In this document: positions 9,175-15,394 of the stretch, in pieces
How the letters are laid out: every line of letters starts with the position of its first letter
Numbering within the stretch: the stretch's first letter is position 1
NCBI GenBank assembly: GCA_964550945.1
Contig: CAZKBD010000004.1
Coordinates: 1-47,973, forward strand
DNA from: an uncultured Methanosarcinales archaeon
GTDB taxonomy: Archaea > Nanobdellota > Nanobdellia > Woesearchaeales > CAZKBD01
Direction of reading: 5' to 3'
DNA: 47,973 bases
Translations under genes and position numbers: made by a program
The notes under the pieces: model-generated
Database searches by the model: none
Told to the model about the DNA's origin: nothing
The model's input: the letters and a program-made list of their open reading frames with translations, nothing else

Positions 9175-9362
9175 AAATGACAATCAAGATATTTTTTATT
9201 TTTTTGGTTTTGGTTTTATTGGTGGGATGCACAGAGAAAAATGCAATAGACGATCCTTCAGGCCTAGAGATTGAAGAACAGGCCGGAGAATCAGGAGATA
9301 ATGGCATTGGTGATGTATTCTCAGACACTGTAGATGTAGAGCCCCCTCAAGCGCCTAATTAG
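9171..9362 (+). CDS. Small acidic lipoprotein-like secreted protein
   Basis: Leader IFFIFLVLVLLVGC has a lipobox-like LVGC, followed by a D/E-rich tail. Start is GTG 9171 or ATG 9177, overlapping the TGA stop of the upstream gene. Confidence 0.45.
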   Translation: MKMTIKIFFIFLVLVLLVGCTEKNAIDDPSGLEIEEQAGESGDNGIGDVFSDTVDVEPPQAPN

Positions 9363-10056
9363 TTATTTGCTTGAATATTTCTTCTTCATTTATTTTTAAC
9401 CCCTGCTTTTTAAAGAAGTTGACTACATTTAGCACATCTCTTTTTATGTAATCCCTCGCATTAGGGTTGCTAAGGGGCGTTGCCTGGCTCCAGTCAATAA
9501 TAATGGGCGTTTCTTTATAGTTTAGTATGTTAAAAGCGGATAGATCAGAATGAACAAGGCCTGCTTTGTACAGATTTTTCATGTTTTGCACTATCTTTTC
9601 AAAAAATAATTTTTTGTTTTTTGGGATCGCATCTTTCAATTTTGGCGCAGGGCTTCCATCGCCAATAAATTCCGATACTAGAATATTGTTAAGGAAAGCT
9701 AATGGCACTGGCACTTTAACGTTTGCTTCTCTTGCTTTCAGCAGATTTCTGTATTCGCGCTGGCACCATGAAAATATGATTTTGCGCCTTTGTTTTTTTA
9801 GATGGATAAAACGGGGATCATATTTTATGTAATCATACATCCTGTTGAAGTCGCATGTCTCTAAACGGTATATCTTAAGCGCAACCTTTCCTTCATCTGA
9901 CTTTGCCTGGAATATGTTTGCTTCTTTGCCTATAGAGATCGGCCCAATAACCCCTTGAAAATAGCCTTCTGTTATCAGCTTGAATATAGTCCTATTCGTA
10001 AATTCATCAAACACGCCGTGCCTTGTTTTGAATTTTTCTTTGGTGATTCTTGCCAT
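9355..10056 (-). CDS. RIO-type serine/threonine protein kinase (Rio1-like, no N-terminal wHTH)
   Basis: ATP-binding loop ISIGKEANIFQA, catalytic loop LVHSDLSAFNIL, metal-binding IIDWSQA. 233 aa. Confidence 0.85.
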   Translation of the reverse strand: MARITKEKFKTRHGVFDEFTNRTIFKLITEGYFQGVIGPISIGKEANIFQAKSDEGKVALKIYRLETCDFNRMYDYIKYDPRFIHLKKQRRKIIFSWCQREYRNLLKAREANVKVPVPLAFLNNILVSEFIGDGSPAPKLKDAIPKNKKLFFEKIVQNMKNLYKAGLVHSDLSAFNILNYKETPIIIDWSQATPLSNPNARDYIKRDVLNVVNFFKKQGLKINEEEIFKQITN

Positions 10057-10261
10057 AATTGATAGTTTAGCAAAAGAGTTTATAAAGGTTGTTAGTTGTT
10101 TATTTTCAATATTGAAAATAATATAATGACTACTTTAAGATAGTCAAAATAGAAAGATTTAAATACTAGCTCTACTTCAGAATAGTAACGAAATAGCAGG
10201 TGGCTTTACAAATCAAAAGATATCCATTTAGGGTTTTAATGCTTATCTAAACACCTCTTTT

Positions 10262-10296
10262 CCCCGCAAACGTTCCCAAAAGGAATGTTTGCGGGG
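10262..10296. other. 15-bp GC-anchored hairpin downstream of the rnp3 gene
   Basis: CCCCGCAAACGTTCC-caaaa-GGAATGTTTGCGGGG with one G-T wobble. It sits 25 nt past the minus-strand stop at 10321. Confidence 0.35.
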
Positions 10297-10320
10297 TTTA
10301 ATAATCCTAAATTCTAAATT

Positions 10321-10899
10321 TTATATTGTCGAATTTAACGCAGCCTGTTTAGTATCTGCATCCAGAACCAGCAAGAGGCTTTTAATGTCATTAGGAGCCC
10401 TCATTTCATAGGGAGTTTTTGCAAAAGATGCCATTATTATTTTTACCTTATATTTCCTGCATAGCCTTATGTTTTGGCTTATTCTGCCTAACAAAATTGA
10501 TTTTTTCATTGGAGTTGAACTCAATATAGCGCTAATTGAAAATCCGATAGTGATATTGTTTTGAGCAGCGATCTTGCAAAGAACCTGGTTAAGCCCAGAA
10601 GCCCGGTGGTGCATATAATCTCTTCTATTATCGCTTTCTAAACCAAATAATATGTCTGGCTTCATTTTTTCCATAACTGCCCTGTTTTGATCTGAGTTTT
10701 TTACCAGCACAAGATCAGCCTTAGCTCTAACCATCGGTTTTGTGAGCAATCCATAGAGTAATCTTATTTTTGTGGTTTTTTTTAATTCATCTATATTCTT
10801 TGGTTCATTATACGCTAAGCACAACCCACTATACCCTAAATATTCTGCCATCTCAATAAGTTCTTTCTCGTTATTGTTGGGGAAAACAAGGTCTATCAT
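10321..10899 (-). CDS. rnp3: Ribonuclease P protein component 3 (Rpp30/Rnp3)
   Basis: 192 aa. The pattern matches my memory of archaeal Rpp30: N-terminal MIDLVFPNN..ELIEMAEYLGY, ...GLNQVLCKIAAQNNITIGFSISAIL..., ...RLCRKYKVKIIMASFAK..YEMRAPND. Confidence 0.7.
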   Translation of the reverse strand: MIDLVFPNNNEKELIEMAEYLGYSGLCLAYNEPKNIDELKKTTKIRLLYGLLTKPMVRAKADLVLVKNSDQNRAVMEKMKPDILFGLESDNRRDYMHHRASGLNQVLCKIAAQNNITIGFSISAILSSTPMKKSILLGRISQNIRLCRKYKVKIIMASFAKTPYEMRAPNDIKSLLLVLDADTKQAALNSTI

Positions 10900-10920
10900 A
10901 AGGCGATTCTAGTTATGATC

Positions 10921-11745
10921 CTATTTAATCCTTTCTATAAGGATGCATGCAGAGCACATCTCTTTTTTTGAAGGCTCGCCGCATTTCTTGCAGTAATCCA
11001 TCTTTGATTGCTTATAGCTTGCTTTCAGCCTGGGCAATAGCTTAAGAAAATTATCCACGATGTTTCGCTTTATTTTAGGATATTTTTTTTCTAAAATATC
11101 CAGCTCATTCAGGATAACTCTCCTGTAAGCATTCGCTGAGCAGGGGCACGCTTCATAATTGACTGGAAAATTATGTTTTTTTGAATAACCTATCACTTCT
11201 TTTTCTGTGATAAAATACAACGGCTTTATTCTTGGAATGAATTTCTTGTCTTTGATGATCCCTGTTTTCGGCCCTAATCTTGGCAAAAGCTCAAAATCAT
11301 TCTTCAAAAAGTTCATTAATATGGATTGTGCTTCATCATCTAAATTATGCCCTGTTGCCAGCTTGTCTGCTTTTAGCAGCCTTGCTTTTTTATTTATCAG
11401 GTAACGCTTTAAAATGCCGCATATTGTGCATTGGTTAAGGTTGCTGTCTTTTAATATCGAATGGATGTAGCATAATGAATATCCGAATTCTTTCCTAAAT
11501 GAGAACTCATGAATTTTTATTTCATTTTTTTTGCAGAAATCCCTTAAATTTTTGAGATTTATTTCGCTGTATTTACCTATTGAAGCGTCAATGGTTATCG
11601 CTTCTGGTTTGTATCCCAGCTGTTTGAGTATAAAAAGCGCAGTTGTTGAGTCCTTACCGCCAGAGCATGCTACTAAAACCTTGTCTGATTTTTTGATTAG
11701 GCCGTATTTCTTTATGGTGCTCTTTATCTTGTTTTCAATATCCAT
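10921..11745 (-). CDS. PP-loop ATPase, TtuA/NcsA/TtcA-type tRNA 2-thiolation enzyme
   Basis: PP-loop VACSGGKDSTT, GHNLDDEAQS, Fe-S ligand-like CTICG and ACPCS, and a C-terminal zinc ribbon CKKCGEPSKKEMCSAC. Confidence 0.75.
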   Translation of the reverse strand: MDIENKIKSTIKKYGLIKKSDKVLVACSGGKDSTTALFILKQLGYKPEAITIDASIGKYSEINLKNLRDFCKKNEIKIHEFSFRKEFGYSLCYIHSILKDSNLNQCTICGILKRYLINKKARLLKADKLATGHNLDDEAQSILMNFLKNDFELLPRLGPKTGIIKDKKFIPRIKPLYFITEKEVIGYSKKHNFPVNYEACPCSANAYRRVILNELDILEKKYPKIKRNIVDNFLKLLPRLKASYKQSKMDYCKKCGEPSKKEMCSACILIERIK

Positions 11746-11775
11746 ACAGCAGCAGAATTCTATTCTTTATTTAAA

Positions 11776-12846
11776 TCATTTCCTTTTGAATACGCTGTAT
11801 TTTAGCCTGTCAAACAGCTTGTTTAATAGGTCCTCTGGCCAGCCCTCTTTTTCTAGAACATACATTATCTGCTCCTTGGTATAGCCTTTGCCTAATGTGT
11901 CGATAATGTAATTTTGCAGCTGCAATATCTCCTGCCTTGGCACAGTCTTTGGCTTTTCGATTGTATTGAATGATAGATCAACAGCCTCTTTTGACCAGCC
12001 CTCTTTTAACAGCTCTTTTTTGATTTGATCCTCAGTATATCCCATTTTTTCTGTATTTAAGATGTAGTTATGCAGCTCTAAAAGCTCTTCTTTTGTTGTG
12101 TGTGCTGGCTTGATTGACTTGAATGCCCGTATGACTAAATCCTCTGGCCATCCGTCTTTCTTCAATTCTGCTGCAATCTGCTGTCTTGGATAGCCCCGCC
12201 TTAGATTAGTGATGATATAAGTTTTTAATTGAAGCATACTTTCATATTTTTTGATTGGGTGTCTCCTTAAGATTACAAGCAGGATTATTATAGCGATTAG
12301 TATGATTCCAATAGAGGCAAATAATACGCTGACTTTTTTTGTCTCGCAGTCATAATCTCCTGCAATGCAGTCTTTATCGCATCTCCCATCGCTGGCCTTG
12401 TCGCAATAATTGTCTTTGGAGCCAGAAGGGCAGTCTTCTGGGCATCTTGCATAGTTCTCATGGGACTGGCATTCTTTATCCCCGCAGACATCTGCAAAAT
12501 AGCCCACATCTACATCAAATAATTGTTTGTTGTCTTTATTATAGATTGTTATTGTTTTTCCGTTTTTATAGTAAGGAGCATTAACAATGACAAAATTATT
12601 ATTGGCAGACATGTAAAAGATTACTGTAGAAATTATCTTATTATCAAATGATTTTAGTTCGTATCTGTAGTCTCCGGATTCCTGAACATCTGGGGCATTT
12701 CCCCCAACAACATATATGTGCTTCAGCTCCACCTTATCATTGATGTAGTCGTATTTAAGCAATAGCTCGTAATGCCTGTCTTCTGCAAATACAAAACCAG
12801 CAAACATTACTGCTAAGATTGCATAAACTATAAATTTGGTGTTCAT
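11776..12846 (-). CDS. Single-pass membrane protein: extracellular Cys-rich domain plus three cytoplasmic ~45-aa repeats
   Basis: Signal/anchor FIVYAILAVMFAGFVFA, Cys-rich CGDKECQSHENYARCPEDCPSG...CDKDCIAGDYDC, TM VLFASIGIILIAIIILLVIL. Then three repeats of Y(I)...GY...QI...L.K.GW(P/S).(E/D). Confidence 0.5.
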   Translation of the reverse strand: MNTKFIVYAILAVMFAGFVFAEDRHYELLLKYDYINDKVELKHIYVVGGNAPDVQESGDYRYELKSFDNKIISTVIFYMSANNNFVIVNAPYYKNGKTITIYNKDNKQLFDVDVGYFADVCGDKECQSHENYARCPEDCPSGSKDNYCDKASDGRCDKDCIAGDYDCETKKVSVLFASIGIILIAIIILLVILRRHPIKKYESMLQLKTYIITNLRRGYPRQQIAAELKKDGWPEDLVIRAFKSIKPAHTTKEELLELHNYILNTEKMGYTEDQIKKELLKEGWSKEAVDLSFNTIEKPKTVPRQEILQLQNYIIDTLGKGYTKEQIMYVLEKEGWPEDLLNKLFDRLKYSVFKRK

Positions 12847-13001
12847 TAAAGTTTATCGCCCCTTTTTTTGTGAATGGCCGCGTATTCCTAAACAATTATT
12901 GCCTTTTTATATTTTAGACTATATAAATCTTTATTTTTTGTGTGTGGGATCCCTTTCGTAGATGGCTGATGCTGCGGAATTTTGTGGTTTAAAAAGATGA
13001 G

Positions 13002-13164
13002 GGTAAAATAATAAAAATAAAGAAAAACAAAAACGAAGCTCTGCTTTAAGTTATCTTCCTTCCAAAGCAGCCATTCTTTTGTTTAACTCAGCAATGTCTC
13101 GCTTGAGGTTTTCATTTTCTTGTTTTAACTCTTCAATTTGTGACTGCTGCTCCTGGATGGATTT
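13002..13164 (-). repeat. Direct repeat copy A (partner at 15165-15310)
   Basis: A perfect 24-nt block at 13002-13025 equals 15165-15188. A perfect 41-nt block at 13124-13164 equals 15270-15310. Sequence between the blocks is diverged but alignable. Confidence 0.85.
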
Positions 13165-13215
13165 GACAAGATGAGTATCTTTGTCATATTTGATTGCTAT
13201 TGAGTGATTTCTATA
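13051..13215 (-). pseudogene. Orphan 3' fragment of a tail-fibre-type gene (coiled-coil end of an S74-like chaperone domain)
   Basis: Open for 54 codons with no start codon: ...IAIKYDKDTHLVKSIQEQQSQIEELKQENENLKRDIAELNKRMAALEGR*. It is paralogous to the tail after the 956-aa ORF. There is no gene body upstream. Confidence 0.5.
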
Positions 13216-13252
13216 TCATACGCATATTAGTTTTCTTTTGAAAACGAAAGTA

Positions 13253-13260
13253 TTATATAT
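13253..13260 (+). promoter_or_regulatory. TATA box (TTATATAT) for the ATPase gene
   Basis: It ends 23 nt before the ATG at 13283 and lies inside the nominal 13238 ORF extension. Confidence 0.45.
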
Positions 13261-13282
13261 TCGTTCTCATTTAGAAACTAAT

Positions 13283-14536
13283 ATGACCCCTATTGGAGAA
13301 ACATTATTGCTTCTAAACCCTTGGTGGAAATCTGGGAAGCTTGGTAAAGAGCTTGCAAAGCCTTTTAGGCGAGAAGCATTTAAAGAAATGAAAAAACTAG
13401 AGCCTTATCGCCAGATAGTTATTTTATCAGGCTTGCGAAGAGTGGGAAAAAGCACGATATTATATCAGATTATTGAGGACCTTTTGACTAAAATCCCGCC
13501 AGAGCGCGTGATGTACTTTACCTTTGACAGCATTGTGGGGGATATTGCCTCTCTTTTTGAAGAGTATGCAAGCATTACAGGAATAGACTATCATTCTGAA
13601 AAAATAACTGTGTTTCTTGATGAGGTAACAAAGCTTTCTGGCTGGGCAAGCCAGATCAAGATATTCTATGACTCTTTTCCTAACATAAAATTCTATCTTT
13701 CATCATCAAGCAGCATACTGCTAGAAGATGATGCAGTAAAGAATCTTGCAGGAAGGCATTTTCTGATAAATCTTGCCCCCCTTAGTTTTGCTGAATACCT
13801 TACTTTGAAAGGAAAATCATCCTTAATAACAAAGCAGGGAATCTATGAAAAAGAGCTAGAAGCAGAATGCAGCAATTATCTTCTAAGAAGCTTTCCTGAA
13901 ACTGTTGGATGGAAGGATGAGCTGCTAATAAAAAGCTATATAAGGACCACAGTCATTGACAAGATCGTAAAATCAGACCTTCTTGACATGTTTAAGAATG
14001 CTAATAAAGACCTTCTATTCACTCTCATTGAACTCTTTTATAAGGAGCCAGGATTTTATCTTGAGTATGACAATCTGTCAAGAAACCTAGGGATAAGCAA
14101 AAAAACCCTTTATGACTCTATCTCGTACCTTGAATCCTGCTATCTTATCAGAAAGGTGTTGAATTTTCGGCCAAGCACGCTTTCAACAAGAAGAAAAATG
14201 CAAAGAGTGTATCCTTACTGGTGGAATGTTTCATACGCCCATAATCCTAAGGAGGATAAGATGGTTGAGAGTGTAGTTGCAAGCACACTTGATGCAAAGC
14301 ACTATTGGAGAGACAAAGAGAAGGAAATAGACTTTATTGTTGTGAAAGACGACAAGATTTTTCCAATTGAAGTAAAAAACAAGGAAAAGATTGATTTTGC
14401 TGATGCAAAAACTCTTATATTCTTTATTAATAAATACAAGACTGAAAAAGGCTTGATTGTGCACACTGGAAAATCTGAGACTTCTTTTAAAGAATGTGTC
14501 AAATCAATTAAGCTATGGAAGTTCTTGCTTGAATAA
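13283..14536 (+). CDS. AAA+ ATPase of the COG1373 family (AAA_14 + DUF4143)
   Basis: Family-typical N-terminus ...LLLLNPWW, Walker A LSGLRRVGKSTIL, Walker B ITVFLDEV. The C-terminal EIDFIV...PIEVK is a nuclease-fold-like tail. Start moved to 13283 because of the internal TATA box. Confidence 0.75.
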   Translation: MTPIGETLLLLNPWWKSGKLGKELAKPFRREAFKEMKKLEPYRQIVILSGLRRVGKSTILYQIIEDLLTKIPPERVMYFTFDSIVGDIASLFEEYASITGIDYHSEKITVFLDEVTKLSGWASQIKIFYDSFPNIKFYLSSSSSILLEDDAVKNLAGRHFLINLAPLSFAEYLTLKGKSSLITKQGIYEKELEAECSNYLLRSFPETVGWKDELLIKSYIRTTVIDKIVKSDLLDMFKNANKDLLFTLIELFYKEPGFYLEYDNLSRNLGISKKTLYDSISYLESCYLIRKVLNFRPSTLSTRRKMQRVYPYWWNVSYAHNPKEDKMVESVVASTLDAKHYWRDKEKEIDFIVVKDDKIFPIEVKNKEKIDFADAKTLIFFINKYKTEKGLIVHTGKSETSFKECVKSIKLWKFLLE

Positions 14537-14658
14537 ACCCTTTTTAGCTGATTCATTACTGTTTAACACTCTCAACTTCTTTTCTTAAGTCAACAAGTTC
14601 CTGCCTTAGTTCTTTGTTTTCCTATCTTAACCGAATAGCACACAAATACGCCGAAAAG

Positions 14659-14666
14659 CATATAAA
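14659..14666 (+). promoter_or_regulatory. BRE/TATA (CGAAAAG-CATATAAA) for the antitoxin-toxin pair
   Basis: It ends 23 nt before the ATG at 14689. Confidence 0.45.
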
Positions 14667-14688
14667 TCCAGATAAGATAGCTGTATAC

Positions 14689-14859
14689 ATGGCTGCTGAA
14701 ATAAAGCAAATCGTTGAAAAATTGGATCATATGCAATCAGATATTGACTATATAAGAAAGCACCTTATTGATGTAGACAGCGTCCTAACAGATGATGATT
14801 TGGGATCACTAGACCAAGCTGATGAAGATTTAAAAGAAGGGAAGGCTAAGGGGCTGTAA
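14689..14859 (+). CDS. Putative antitoxin of the RelE/ParE pair
   Basis: 56 aa from the internal Met (MAAEIKQIVEKL...). The acidic C-terminus LTDDDLGSLDQADEDLKEGKAKGL is typical of archaeal RelE partners. Its stop lies 4 nt before the toxin start. Confidence 0.55.
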   Translation: MAAEIKQIVEKLDHMQSDIDYIRKHLIDVDSVLTDDDLGSLDQADEDLKEGKAKGL

Positions 14860-14862
14860 AAA

Positions 14863-15129
14863 TTGCATTCTGTTTTGTTATCAGAATCAGCACAGAGGTA
14901 TTTAGACAAACTTGATTCTCAATTAAGCGATAGGATTAAATCCAAACTGAAAAATCTAGAAGATAACCCTGTTCCTTCTGACGCAAAATTCATGGGTAGG
15001 CATGAATGCGACAAGATTTTCAGGTATAGGGTAGGCGACTACAGGGCGCTTTATAAGATTAAAGACGCTCAAAAGATTGTGCTTGTGTCTAAGATAGACA
15101 AAAGGCCTAGGGTTTACAACAAATTCTAA
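14863..15129 (+). CDS. relE: RelE/ParE (StbE)-family type II toxin
   Basis: 88 aa with a TTG start. ...LSESAQRYLDKLD... and FRYRVGDYRALYKIKDAQKIVLVSKIDKRPRVY match the RelE/StbE core. Confidence 0.8.
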   Translation: MHSVLLSESAQRYLDKLDSQLSDRIKSKLKNLEDNPVPSDAKFMGRHECDKIFRYRVGDYRALYKIKDAQKIVLVSKIDKRPRVYNKF

Positions 15130-15164
15130 AGAATAGTTAGTAAGGAAATAAACATATTTGATAT

Positions 15165-15310
15165 GGTAAAATAATAAAAATAAAGAAAGCTGATCAAAAC
15201 TACTTGCCAACAGCATCCATTATTTTCTTCAATTCTTCAATGTCTTTTTTGAGGTTTTCGTTTTCTTTCTTTAACTCTTCAATTTGTGACTGCTGCTCCT
15301 GGATGGATTT
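15165..15310 (-). repeat. Direct repeat copy B (partner at 13002-13164)
   Basis: Same 24-nt and 41-nt perfect blocks as copy A. On the minus strand the 24-mer reads TTTCTTTATTTTTATTATTTTACC, a T-rich terminator-like tract after the stop. Confidence 0.85.
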
Positions 15311-15394
15311 TATTGTTAATGGAATAATCTCATCATAATCAAGATTGTATATTCCATTGTCATCCTTATTTACAAGCGAAGGAATTACTTTTAA
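15200..15394 (-). other. 64-codon open tail in frame with, and directly after, the TGA stop of the 956-aa ORF
   Basis: LKVIPSLVNKDDNGIYNLDYDEIIPLTIKSIQEQQSQIEELKKENENLKKDIEELKKIMDAVGK*. There is no in-frame ATG/GTG/TTG until 11 codons (TTG) and 7 codons (ATG) before the stop. Confidence 0.5.

Noticed and set aside
10262-10296. The GC-clamped hairpin as another ORB element, because of its G-string and AAAC.
   Set aside because: It lacks the TTCCAC box, and the GAAAC/G-string order and spacing of the three good ORBs do not fit.
14556-14621. A third minus-strand coiled-coil remnant (ENKELRQELVDLRKEVESVKQ*) between the ATPase and the antitoxin, resembling the ends of repeat copies A and B.
   Set aside because: It is only 21 codons of low-complexity E/K/L sequence bounded by stops. 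There is no nucleotide-level block identity with the 41-mer or the 24-mer. The similarity may be compositional.
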